A stretch of DNA of 64,000 nt from Callorhinchus milii (GCF_018977255.1 NW_024704743.1:80602001-80666000); one strand, 5' to 3'; counted from the first letter of the stretch, positions 51,466 through 64,000 are shown. Notes: generated from the sequence alone by a model not told the origin. Made by a program: numbers and translations.

Positions 51466-52202
51466 AATTGCAATCTTGATTGCTAGCACCAGCATCTTTA
51501 AGATGAGTAGGGTTGGATTAGGCATATACCACATACACATGATGGTATACACAAAACGGCATGCATAGAGTCTGTCAGCATGCACTTTGGTCATAGAAAG
51601 TGGCATAATGAGTATCAGCAGGGAAGTCATCACAACTGAGCCTGACCTCTCCTCACTCAGCTGCCACATGTGCACTGCAGTAAAGGGTGCTTAAAAGGGA
51701 CAAAGAGCCAAAATACAGTTTGATTTTTACCATACTTATTTCTGGGAAGGCCACATTAATTTACCCTCCCCACGTATCCCTGGCTGAGACCAGCAAATTC
51801 AGTATGGACCGTACTCAAACCAACAAGCTTTTGGTCTGAAACCTGCAGCTCTCTTCATTACAGTGGGGCTGCCAAATGCACGATTGCTGACCCCACAACT
51901 GGGTACTAGGCTGCAGTTTGAACAAGACACAAGTTAAAAGGTGTGTGCAAAGACTCATTCAAGTTGCTTTAACTAATTCAAATGCAGTTTACATTGCTAT
52001 GCCTGGTAACCCATAAAAGTCTGATTTCCAATTACCAAGTTAACACAGTGGTTTCGCAGGAACTGTTAATCTGTTAACTAAGACTTGCATTCTCACATGC
52101 ACTCGCACGCGACCGCCAGAAAGGTGAAGGGCAAACTAGATGGACCTTGGTTTATTTTTATCTAGCATTTCTTATGTTCTTATGTTCTCAGTAGGATTTC
52201 TA

Positions 52203-52309
52203 CAGGTGACCAAAAAGTCGTGACACCATTACAATGTCTAATAAGTCTTAACGAAATGATGATTTGTTTAAGATAATGAGGTAGTTATCACAACTTTTTG
52301 GTCACCCTG
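52203..52309. mobile_element. Tc1/mariner-type MITE, ~107 bp
   Basis: TA flanks (52201-02, 52310-11); TIRs CAGG-TGACCAAAAAGT / ACTTTTTGGTCACCCTG. Confidence 0.85.
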
Positions 52310-55300
52310 TATTGGGGAGGGGGCTTCAGAATGTACTAAAAATCTGCACAGAATTAACTTTGTTAATTCACCTGGGTTTTTATTGAACCTGATGTTGTGT
52401 CACTCCACACAATTGCATTTTACACCTAGAGTTTCAGAATCCTAATTTGGAAAAACGTACACTAGTTTATGAAATAGCTGCAGTTTAAATAAAGTTATGC
52501 AAGTAGTAGCAATGACCGTCTGTGGCCTCCGGAAAAAGTTTCCACATACTGACTGCTATTTGACAAAAGCTTTTATAAATATTGCTTGAAGCAGTGATCT
52601 ATAACCTGTTCATTTATAGGCCTTCACGTAACAGCTAACGTAAATCTACTTCCAACATCAAACAGCACTGAATGCTGTTGTAATTTCATCATCATTAGTC
52701 ATGCAACCTTCCACTGAATGGAATGGACTGTGTGGAGTGCAAGAAGAATGCTGTTAATCTGGATTGGGAAGGTCAAAATACACTCAAATTGATATTCCAA
52801 CTGCACTCATTGTATTATTATTGGTCTTATTTTATACGAGAATATTTTTTGCTAGCTACTTAATAACTTTGATGCTACTTACTGCGTAGCACCTAACAAA
52901 TGCAGTATGTAATAATGAAGGTTATTTAGTTCTGTACTCTAACTAGTAAGAGCTCTGGAACGTTACCCTGCATGAAGGGCACTATATAAATGCAAGTTGT
53001 TATTGTGGTTGTACGGCACACTGGAGTTTAATGAAGTGCATGTCGCAATCTTCTAGAAATTGCTCAAGAAATTATCATATAGATCCCAGAAATAAATATC
53101 CTTATTATATTGCTAAATCAATCAGCATACTGAAGGCATTCAGAAGATACTCTCAGAGTGGGGAATTGCCTAGAGGTTTATAATATTCCAGCCAGAAATT
53201 AACCAATTCCTATGGCAATGCTCAAACTTTCAATTTATAAAACTTTATAATGGTACCCATAGTTACTCGCTCATATGTTGCTATTCAACAATGCTGGAGG
53301 GAAAACAAAATTATTATTAATATACTGGTGGTAATTGCTTCTCCATACTACAATCTAGCCCCATTATAACTTCAATTGTTGGGAATCCATAAAATCACAA
53401 CCCAACTCGGAGTGATAACAAATTCCCATGTTTCTGCACACTGGAGAGTTCCTGCTCTAAAAAAACAATAGCCACCTTGTGGGTCATCATCACATAGTTG
53501 CCAATATCAGTTATGTGAAGTGACTTCTGCAGCAACCTTATAGTTGGCCATTTTGGTACAAAAACTGTCTGTCTGGCATACAGGATGTGAGTGGGCCAGT
53601 TGCACGCATAAAAAATGAATGGGGTCCACCTTGTAACCACATTATAACCAAATTTGCACTATAAAGAAGCCCGTTATAAGAAAAATAATACAAAAAGCCA
53701 GATAAATCTGTTTATAGTAACAGATGAGCCAGTATTAACCAACTGCAAAGTAACCATTACTAAAGTTCAATAAATTTAATTGCAGCTTTTTTATTTTGTT
53801 TTCTATGATCATTTTGGACTGATGTAATATGACAGGTCCTTTATATTATCTAATCAAACTACTGAAAATAAATAAAAATCTAAACTTTGGGATTAGGTGA
53901 GAAGAGTGCAGACTTTATACCCGACAAATGGAAACCATTCACGTGTGGAACTTTCACTAGCTCGGTTTGGAGTCTCTACTTGCATCAGTTGGCTGACCAA
54001 ACAAGAATCCGTTACCAGGCAAAATGTCAACTATTGATTTGTCAAACCAATAGATGCATTTCAACAAGATAGTAATTAATCTTTCCTTTTTTTGCAAACC
54101 CTCCAAGAAAACTGCTGAATTCACAAACACTGTTTCATTTATAGTTCAGGCATGGTCTAGAAACACACAAATGTCATCCAATAAAAACAAAGAAATCCCA
54201 TCAGTCGAGGCTGGATTTCAGACCCATAACATCCCTGTGACACCAACCTGGCAAAGTTATATTCAATTTCTAATTTCAGCAAAATCGTTCACTGACAGAT
54301 TAAATTTCAAATCACTTCACTGATGGAAACTTCATTGCTTTGTTTCCAGAAGTATTAACATTGTGGTCTGAATTTCTACGTCATCTTTAGCCCATGAGAC
54401 CATTTTATCTTAGAGTTTAAGATCATGTGGAATAGTGGAAGTTTCAGTTTTAATTTGAAAGTTGATTCTTTAAGAACTGCGACTTCCAAATTAAAGTTGG
54501 ATTTTAAGAATTTTCAATAATTTTGAACAATCTAAATTTCAAGACAAAACGGTCTTATAAGCTAAGACCTGGTGAAACCTCAGATAAGTTAATAACAGTA
54601 CTCTGATAATTTAAACTTGTTCTATCCACTTGGCTTTTTCTTTTGCCTCTTCCTCCTCCAATTTCAGAGTAAAGCATGAGTTCTCCCCAGAACCCGAGAA
54701 CAGCTAGTATGCAAAAAAAAATTTGCAAAGCAATCACTTTGAATGCAAATCCAGTCAATTTAGTTCAGGTCATTTCTTATTAATATCCCAAAGCAATTGG
54801 TTAACGAATCAATGAAACCTACAAAAAATGAAGATCTGGTTTAACCCATTATATCCCCTCTACTATATCATTGCCATGAGGAAAAAACAAATAGTTTATA
54901 TGGAAAACCTAAAATGACAATAAAACCATAAAACTGTTATCTTTGCTAAACTATAGTACACCAAAACAACTGAGCTCATCTTCGGTGGTTTGAATCTTGT
55001 TTAATCGCCAATCAGGTACTATGAAATAAACCGGCTTTAAATCATCAGACTCTAACCTCTAACAAAAACATATATATACACAAACACATACACACACACA
55101 CTTGTTAGCTGTGAACAAATTACCTAATTAAGCTGAACCTTGTTGTTAAAAGTTGCAGTAGTCACATTCCACAGATTAAAGACAAGCTGCTATTTCCAAA
55201 TCTGATGCTATAGAGCTAAAATTATAACCTTGCAATATCATTTTACAGAAGTGCTGATTAAACTGATTAAATTGTGTTGCAAAATGTCACGAATACAGAA

Positions 55301-56469
55301 CCCAGACATTCATTTTCTAAACAAAACATACTGACTCTTTTGTTTTCCTGTTTCATGACCTTTACAAAGAGACAATGTTTGCTCATTTGCATCAAGATTG
55401 AAGTTGGAGAGAGAAAAAGAGGATTTGTGTTATCATAGCAAATTAAATTGATGAAGCTTACTTCTTTTAAACACCGGGTACGGTATGAATACATTCAATA
55501 AAAATCACCATCAACATAGAAATTCTGGGTCACTAAAAATTGCATGTACAAGCTCAAAACTGAAATGAATAGTGTACTTATGTTATAATTATTTTGTGAT
55601 AGAATACCTGCAATTTTTATTTAATAGAAATAAACAATGCATCCCTGCAATCAGATGAACTCTTTCTTTTGTTAAATTGAATTTACAGCTATTAATGGTA
55701 GTATCCATGACTGGTTGCAGAGAATAAAAGCATTGTGCAGAATGCAGAAATAACCTGTGGTAATAATATGACTCATGAGAGAGCCTAAGACCACACTTCT
55801 GAATGGTTCACAAGTCATGTAGACCTTCCTGTTCCTGGCTCCCTGATCTGAACAGTGTTGGCAGCTGTGTCTGATCATTTTAAGCGGACTTCTGATTAAC
55901 AGTTTGCAAACCCCACCACTTCCTTGGTTAGACATGTGTATCATTCAAATTTGACGCTTGTAAAACTGGACTCCTATCAGATGTGGTCCCTTCACAAACA
56001 ACAGCTGGCTGACATCTAAAAACTCTCATCATCACTTGCAGGTTAAATACTAGTTTTACATTGTTCAAGCTTGAGCACTGGATCGATAAACTGGATTTAA
56101 CATTGGAAGTTGGTATTATGCAATTCACAGAGCCTTCTCATACATACTGATGGGCAGCTGCATCCAACAAAAAGTAGTAAGATACTAAAGGCTACATTTG
56201 TTTATTAAAATCAAAACAGTGGAGCAGTAACATGCCAACATAATGATTTGGAGTCGGGGGAAGGTGAACGATGATGACTCCCATGGGAGATACCAGGCAT
56301 AGCCCAGTCACTTCCCATTGGGGAGAAATACAGAAAGTGTAGCCCGTTCTGGGCTCCTGTCATACATCTTTCAGCAGTTGGCTTCAGAATGGCATTGGTG
56401 GAAGTCTGTCAACATTTCTCACGCCTGTCCTCTCATATATAAGTGGTGCATGCATGGAGCACCAGAATT

Positions 56470-57465
56470 TGGCAAAAAAAAGCCTTGGTGAGACCCCATC
56501 TGGAGAACTGTGTTCAGTTTTGGGTAGAGCACTTCAGGAAGGATATATTGGCTCCGGATGGGGCAACACAGAATGATACCAGGGCTAAAAGGGTTAAATT
56601 ATGAGGACAGGTTGCATAAATTTGGTCTCTATTCTCTTGAGTTTAGAAGGTTGAGGGGTGATCTGATTGAAGTTTTTAAAATAATAGAGATTTGATAGGA
56701 TAGATACAGAGAAACTATTTCCTCTGGTAGGGAAATCCAGAACATTAGTATAGCGCCTTTCACGTCGGGAGGACGTGATTGGGGGATGGAATGCCAGAGG
56801 TTGGAGGCAGAGTGGCTGAAGGCTCTCCCGCCAATAGCCGGCTGAGCGGGCGGGTTAGGAGGTTGCAGAGTAGGGTGGGGCGACGCCATGGAGGGCTTTG
56901 TAGGTGAGGACCAAGATCTTGAACTGGATCCTCTGAAGGATAGGGAGCCAATGGAATCGTGCGAGAATGGGGGAGATGGGGTCACGGAGTTTGGTGCGGG
57001 AGAGGACATGGGCTGCAGAGCTCTGGATTATCTGCAGCCTGTGGAGGGAGGAATTGGGAAGGCCAACAAACATGGCGTTTGCATAGTCGAGCCTGGAGGT
57101 GATGAAGGCATGAACAAGAGTTTCAGGGGCCTGAGGGGTGAGGTAGTGGCAGAGTCGGGTGATGTTATGGAGAACAAGGGGTCATCATCTTAAAATTAGA
57201 GCTGAGCCATTTCAGAGTGAAATTGGAAGACAGTTTTTCACCCAAAGGGCAGTGAAAATCTGGAACTCTCTCCCCCAAAAGGCTGTGGATGCTATTCTCC
57301 ATATCTTCAAGACTGAGGTGGATAGCTATTTGTTAGGTCAGGGTATTAAGGGATATGAGGCAAGGACACGTAATTGGACTTGACATACAGATCAGCCACG
57401 ATTTTATAGAATGGCAGAACAGGTTCGAGAGGCTGAATGGCCTATTTCCTGTTTCTATGCTTCTA
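56470..57465 (+). mobile_element. CR1 3' fragment split by an L2 insertion
   Basis: GTGAGACCCCATCTGGAG (VRPHLE), [23 protein letters not shown]...FFTQRAVKIWNSLPQKAV, 3' UTR ending GGCTGAATGGCCTATTTCCTGTTTCTATG. Confidence 0.92.
56745..57170 (-). mobile_element. L2 fragment nested in CR1, 6-bp TSD AGAACA
   Basis: LARFHWLPILQRIQFKILVLTYKALHG; AGAACA at 56739-44 and 57171-76. Confidence 0.93.
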
Positions 57466-59384
57466 AAACTGCCCTTTTTTAAAAAAAGTACATTGATGCA
57501 TAGATATTTTCAATATCTTGAACCTTTGCTTTTCAATTTAGTGCAGCAACAAAGGAACCATCAAAGCTGGTAAGTAAGGGTAAAATAGCAGCATGAGTGA
57601 GAAAACTGCTGATGGGCAGCAAGAAATTGTAGGAATGCCCATCTTTAGAACTTAATTTACTTCTCAATAGGCTTCAGCAATTCTTGCATTGAATCTCAAT
57701 GATCTGTAACCAATTTGATGCGAACAGTCTTGAGTATTTCAGATTATCCAAACTCTTTTTCACAGTTATAAATTAGGTCTTAGACATAGTAGAGCGTAGT
57801 CAATCTACACCACAATGTATACCCTAATTTAGTACCTGAAATCTACAGCCAAGTAATGCACAGGAACAGTCCACAAATATAGATTTTGTTTTGGTCAGCT
57901 GGGATGTCTGACGCATGCAGAAACCTATCAACACGCTTACCTACACATGGAAATTTCCCTGCATCTGGAGCTCGTCCCCCCATGGATAGTCACTGGTTGG
58001 TACTTTGACATTTGACAAAGATAGGTTTGAGACGCCACTCGGTGGATAGTAGATATCAGGAACTCCCTCAGATCTTTCTGGTAGCTGCACAACTCAGCAT
58101 GAATGAGGAAAGGAGAAAGAAAGATGGAGGAGGAAAACTAAGTAAGGGCAGTAACTAACTTGTTGAAAACAATGAATTTATTGCTATTGACTAGAACAAG
58201 ACCATTGATTTAACACTGGAGCTGGACTCTACTTTTGTAAAATTACAGCTGCTTGAAGTACAGTAATTCAAAATCAACTGGAACACCAGAAGAAAACATA
58301 ATTCTACACATATTTTGGTCAATGTTTTACATACATTTTGCTCATCTCTGGGAAAACACACCCATTCTTATAACAGGTTGAGTATCCCAAGTTCTGTGTT
58401 TATAATTTTGGAAAATGTAAGAAAATTTGGCAATAATATGACTCACAGGAAAGCCTGTATCCACCCACACAGAGATGCCTCAAGAATTTTTATGATCAAA
58501 TCATTTTGCAACCACACCAACAGCTAAAGCACATTTGGTTTCTGAGTCACAGCAGTTCATTTTTAATTATTTGAAAATAATTTAAACACACATGCTTTTT
58601 CAATCAATTTTTAAAACCTTTTTGCGGGGTAAAGATGCAGTGTTGCACCTAATTAAAACAACCTATGGTAACTATTACAAATGCGCACTGAGTTAGTACA
58701 CCATCATTTATATTTTGGCACTTGGGTTTCAGTCCTGCTCGATCTGATAAACGAGAATGTACTCTTTGCTAGCTGGACAGAACAAAACAATCTACAATTC
58801 TCTGGCATTCTTGATGAGAGTGGCTATAAATTTAAATTGTTTGGAAAATAAAGAAGCTTTCATTGATGCAGAAAGAAACCCTCTTCTGAAATTGTCGTTA
58901 TGACACAACGTTGAGAGTAGAATAGAGCAGAGGAACTTTACTTTGAATCTAATTTTGAAACTTGCTTCAGGCACTAAGAGGTGAAATTCAGGGCACAATA
59001 AGATCTGTGATAACCCATCATCAAAAATGTATATGTTAGGTGCCAAAAGATCAAAGTGCATTGTTTACAAACAATGACAACCATGATTCTGATGCCAAAA
59101 TATACACCAACAATTCCCATTACATCATACATTCAACTAAAAATTATTACTTTAGGGATTTAAAGTCTGGATTAGGTGAGTCGATTTGGAAGTATATGGA
59201 TTTAAAAATATTTAGGACTTTGATTCCTTACGGAAGTAGAGGGAGAATAGCCAGTGCAGCAGGAACTGGAACAAGATTAAAGCGGTTCCATTAGAGGAAA
59301 TGAGAATGGCAGAATTTGCCTGGGAAAAAGGAATGAGACAGCTGACATGGTTGCTTTGTGAGCAGCAGAGGATTCCCAGTTTAA

Positions 59385-60028
59385 ACAACAACAGCAACAA
59401 CAACAAGATTCCATTTATAGAGCGCCTTTCACGTCGGGAGGACATCCCAAGGCGCTGAACAGTTGAGTCAGGACCCGAGCAGTGGGGGAAATGGTCAGGG
59501 TGAGGGGAGGGAGGGAGGAGGGGGTAGAGAGTCGAGAGGGGAGCTGAAGGCACGGTCAAAGAGAAAGGTCTTGAGACCGGCCTTGAAGGAGGAAAGGGAG
59601 GAGGCGGCGAAGGCACTGGGGGATAGAGTTCCAGAGCCTCGGGGCTGAGAGGCTGAAGGCCCGGCCACCAATGGTAGGGCGGTTGGGGCGGGGGATGTGG
59701 AGCAGACCGGAGCCAGAGGAACGGAGGGTACGGGCAGGTAGGTAGGGGGATAGTAGGTCGGAGAGGTAGGAGGGAGCAAGGCCGTGAATGGCCTTGTAGG
59801 TGAGGATGAGGATCTTTAATTCGATCCTCTGGGGGATGGGGAGCCAGTGGAGGCGAGCGAGGGTGGGAGTGATGTGGTCGCGAAGCCTGGTGCGGGACAG
59901 TACACGAGCTGCAGAGTTCTGGGTACGGGCAGGTAGGTGGGGGGATAGTAGGTCGGAGAGGTAGGAGGGAGCGAGGCCGTGAATGGCCTTGTAGGTAAGG
60001 ATGAGGATCTTGAATTCGAATTCAAGAT
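59385..60028 (-). mobile_element. Young L2 3' fragment with a rearranged 5' end
   Basis: QNSAARVLSRTRLRDHITPTLARLHWLPIPQRIELKIL...GGRAFSLSAPRLWNS; 99-bp internal segment duplicated; tail at the left. Confidence 0.95.
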
Positions 60029-60528
60029 TAAAGGAGGTGGAAGTCAAGCGTCTATCCTAGAAGGATGAAAGTCTGGGATGGTAATAGAATAAGGTTACGG
60101 AAGAAGAGGGGAGGAGACAAAATTGGGCATGGCAAGGCGAATCATAGAGAAGAATCAGGAAGTAAAATTACATTTTAGACAAAAGAGGGATGAGAAAAAT
60201 TGGAAATAGGGAAAATTAAGAAAAAAAAAGAAATGGGATGAAATTGGAAAACACTAGGGTAGAGGAACTTGAGTTTGGAGCTGCAGCCCATACATGTATG
60301 CAGAATAGATAGAAATCAAGCTTGATGGGATGGAAAAGACATCAACAGTTTAGAATGGGGCCCACAGAGACAGGCACAGTCTGGTCTAAAACAAGTGGTT
60401 CTCACGCTCCCGTTTTTTTTTTCTAACTGCTTACTTCACTCTGTCAGACTCTCAGTGAAATCAAAGGCAGTTTTCAAGTTTTGAAACCAGGCATGTTCTT
60501 CACAGGAGATTATTGAGACCTGATTCTT

Positions 60529-60843
60529 GAGACCTGTAGCTCAGTGGTTAGAGCACTCGCTTTGCAAGTGAGAGACCTGAGTTCAATTCCAGGCAGGGTG
60601 AAACCTTGGGCAAGTTTCCTTACTCCACACAGAGCCTAATAATAATCCCTCCAAAACAAAACAATAATAAAATTGGTCATTTTCAATCTACGACTGTTTG
60701 TGGGACATTGCTGTGCACAATTGGCTGCCGAGTTCGCCCACAAATATAGTCAATTCACTTTGCAGTGTGTTCTGTGAAGCGCTTTGGGACGTCCTCCCGA
60801 CGTGAAAAGCGCTATATCAAATGCAAGGATTATTATTATTATT
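60529..60843 (+). mobile_element. Young tRNA(Ala)-derived SINE, full length (CTCCC-loop subfamily)
   Basis: Head, core, tail GGGACGTCCTCCCGACGTGAAAAGCGCTATATC and (ATT)n. Confidence 0.95.
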
Positions 60844-61762
60844 CTACCATGAAAAAAGTACTCTGCGCTTGTCCAAAGATGATCTTGCACACGAGTTCTA
60901 GTATGGTGATGTAGCCAGGCACAGAGCATCCATAGCAACATTGCGTGCAACTCCACAAATGTGCACAACAGAATTGTCTGCCAGTACCTCACTACCTTAC
61001 AACACTTACACACTGTGGGCATACGCAGAGAAATGGGATTCCACTGTAACTCCATTTGCCTAGTTTTAATAAATCATCTCATTCGTGAACATTTTAAGTT
61101 AACCAACAATAACTGGTTACATTTTAATCAAGGTTGAATTAGTCAATGTTTTCAAAGAAAAATGAGTGGTTCGAGGTTGATTGAAGTTCATACGCAATTA
61201 TGTTACACAATTTTCTGTTTGCAAAATCAAGTTAGCTGCAACTGCTGTTTTAAGGAATGCACATCAATGCTGGATATGAAGGGGATTTCTGCTAAGTAAA
61301 GCGGTTTAACAGCACCTTGGAATTAGATTAAACAACAATATCTGTCAGGAAGTGAAATGAAATAGGAGCCCTTTGGTTTTGTGACGGGAAGGAAGGTCTG
61401 TGTTGTGACAAGTACCTGGCGGTAAATCTCAAAACATACTGAAAGTATTCTTCCATTTCTCAAAAAATACTTCTGGCAAAATGTGATTGCACAAGTGTTC
61501 ACTCGTTCAAAGAGGAGTTCACCTTAAAATGTGAAAAGCCCCAGAATAATAACTTACTTTCTGAAGTCTGCTTTTCAGATCTAACTAGGCTCAAGTGTAT
61601 TTCAGAGATAATAGCTTCAACAAAAACCTTATATGGGTTATTCGATTCCCTCCTCTCAGTGAACCTATTGCAATTGAATATATAGTGCATACACATATAA
61701 TATACTATATATGGTATATACAGTATCATATACTGTATAATCGTGTCTGATCATCATCGAGG

Positions 61763-62345
61763 CTTGAGGCTCGACTATGCAAACTCACTGCTTGTCGGCC
61801 TCCCCAACTCCTCCCTCCACAGGCTGCAGATCATCCAGAACTCTGCAGTCCATGTCCTCTCCTGCACTAGGCTCCGTGACCCTGTCACCCCCATCCTTGC
61901 CCAACTCCACTGGCTTTCCATCACACAAAGGATACAGTTCCACATCCTGGTCCTCACCTTCAAAGCCCTCCACGGTTTTGCTCCCCCCTACCTCTCCGAC
62001 CTCCTGAATCCCTACTATCCTGTTCGCTCCTCCGCTCAGCGGGCTCCAGCCTGCTTCACATCCCCCGCCTTGCTCGCCCCACTATTGGCGGCTGGGCCTT
62101 CCGCCACTCTGCCCCCACCCTCTGGAACTCCATCCCGCAGTCCCTCCGTCTCACCCCCTCCCTTGCCAACTTCAAGACCCACCTCAAGACCCTCTTCTTC
62201 GACCGTGCTTTCGATCTCCCTGCTTCCCCCCCGCCCTCCATCCTCCCCCACCCTGACCCCCAGCTCGGGTCCGTAACTCTGTTTGTCCAGCGCCTTGGGA
62301 CGTCCTCCCGACGTGAAAGACGCTGTACAAATGTAATTTTGTTCT
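61763..62345 (+). mobile_element. L2 LINE 3' fragment
   Basis: RLDYANSLLVGLP...LQIIQNSA...LHWL...FKALHG; tail CAGCGCCTTGGGACGTCCTCCCGACGTGAAAG. Confidence 0.95.
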
Positions 62346-62655
62346 ATATATGGCAAGCAGTTATTAAATTAATGAAAAATCATTAGTGGGGGGAAAAGAA
62401 AATAGGGAAAATGTTATTTAATATGGTAAACTTTTGAAAGCTAAGTAGTCTGCAAGGGCTCATTGCATTTGTGGAATGTACATCCTTCTCCCGCTCTCTG
62501 TATTTCTAGTTTTGTTTGCACATTTCTGTTTCAGTGAATGCAGATGACATCAAGAGACTGCTTGAGAAACATTACCCAAGAATAAGCAGGATGTAAATGT
62601 AAGCCATCAAAAATAGTGCCATTAAACTACATGTACTTGAGAGTTATCTCATACT

Positions 62656-63235
62656 TGTCTGTCAGCCTGGCTCAGTTAGTAGCACTCTTGCCTCTGAGTC
62701 AGATGATTGCGGGTGCAAACCCCATGTCGCAACTTATATATTAATAATCCTTGCACTTTATATTGTGCCTTATCATGTCATTGAGACGTCTCAAAGCACT
62801 TCACAGAATATACTGTAAAGTGAATTGACTCTGCAGCCCGTGTCCTCTCCCGCACCAAACTCCGTGACCCCATCTCCCCCATTCTCGCCTGACTCCATTG
62901 GCTCCCTATCCTTCAGAGCCGCTCAGCCGGCTCTGGCCTGCTCCATGTCCCTCGACCGACCCGCCCCTCCATTGGCGGGAGAACCTTCAGCCACTCTGCC
63001 CCCAATCTCTGGAATCCCATCCCCCAATCACTCCGCCTCGTCCCCTCCTTAGCCTCCTTCAAGTCCTGCCTCACGACCCTCCTCTTCGACCATGCCATCG
63101 GCCACCCCCCTTCCCCTCCCCTCCCTTACACCCCCCAACCCCAGCTCGGGTCTGAAATGCTGTACACTATCCAGCGCCTTGGGACATCCTCCCGACGTGA
63201 AAGGCGCTATACAAGTGTAATCTTGTTGTTGTTGT
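62656..63235. mobile_element. Composite: old SINE head (+, 62656-62730), SINE tail (-, 62742-62829), L2 3' fragment (+, 62830-63235)
   Basis: Each piece matches other copies in the window; the L2 ends CAGCGCCTTGGGACATCCTCCCGACGTGAAAGGCGCTATAC and (TTG)n. Confidence 0.85.
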
Positions 63236-63839
63236 AGAAATCTCCTATAGGGTTACTCTCTTGAGGTCGGTATTAATGCATATTTTTGGGATGCAGCACA
63301 AAGCCTCTAATCTGTATTACATGGGAAACTACAGGATTTCTAAGGATTCTGATCCCTCAGCTTGATGAACACAAATTTACCCAAGTATATCTACAAAATT
63401 AACAGAAAAATGTGCATTCCATTAAAATAACTAGCAACAGTTCTATCTTTGCCCGAATAAATAGGATTTTACATCCTCCAATCCTCCCTGTTTTATGCCA
63501 ATAATAGTGATTTTATTGCATTTTTACTCAATCAATGTTTTTTACTCAACTTTATCCAAAGTAACTCATGATGGATCACACAAATAGCATGGATTAATTT
63601 TAAAGTTCAACTCGTTGAAGTAATGTAATGAAATGAAGACTAGAAAGGGTTCTATCTGGAATATGTTGTGTGTATATTTTGGAAAGTGAGTTAATTTACA
63701 GGTCAACAAATTGCTATGCTGGAAAATGTAAAGGACTTGGGACAGATGATCCTCCAAGCAATATTGTCGATATGCTTCCCGTAACTGTATCATTCAAAAC
63801 AAATACAAATGTTGCTTTAATCTCTACTGGGTATTTTGT

Positions 63840-64000
63840 GAATGTGGCAGATAAATTGCACACAGCAATTTCTCAACAAGCAACCATGAAATGAATGAGT
63901 AATTTTGTTTGGGGAATTGTTGGCCTGGATACCAAGAGAAATTCCCTTCCCTTTTCAAATGGAGCCATGAGTTCTTTAATGTCCACCTGGACAGGCAGAC
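63840..64000 (-). mobile_element. Old Deu-core SINE fragment, cut by the window edge
   Basis: AATTGCACACAGCAAT core; TCTTTAATGTCCACCTG...CAGGCAGAC body. Confidence 0.65.

Larger units (their letters stand above)
30315..64000 (-). other. NSMCE2: Large NSMCE2 intron (upstream exon lies beyond the window)
   Basis: The exon at 30314 needs a phase-1 donor, and I found no NSE2-like coiled-coil exon to the right by eye. The equivalent human intron is also very long (recalled). Confidence 0.75.

Noticed and set aside
30637..56128. Numerous 60-130 aa ORFs in the intron
   Set aside because: They have no recognisable domains; lengths fit chance or they derive from SINE/LINE sequence.

Overview
AT-rich vertebrate genomic DNA. 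The repeat landscape (young L2 and CR1 LINEs, Deu-core tRNA-derived SINEs, Penelope-type palindromes) suggests a cartilaginous fish; this is an inference. The only host gene I can support is the 3' end of NSMCE2 (NSE2/MMS21, SP-RING SUMO E3 ligase of SMC5/6) on the minus strand. It has three phase-consistent coding exons (30214-30314, 28531-28637, 24946-25054), a likely poly(A) signal at 24375-24380, and an upstream intron running past the right edge (>33 kb). The rest is a 2-kb C-rich satellite at the left edge, a fossil hAT (Tip100/ZMYM1-like) transposase, MITEs, many SINE/L2/CR1 copies and unique non-coding DNA. The best second-look items are: (1) minimal hammerhead-ribozyme motifs in two Penelope-like palindromes, with a compensatory change in stem I; (2) a 135-bp inverted templated capture of nearby DNA in the centre of one of those palindromes; (3) a SINE/L2 pair whose shared 3' stem-loop differs between SINE subfamilies, one matching the L2 loop exactly; (4) an ~870-bp composite palindrome; (5) several phase-compatible cryptic NSMCE2 exon candidates. 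Repeat boundaries were read by eye and are approximate.
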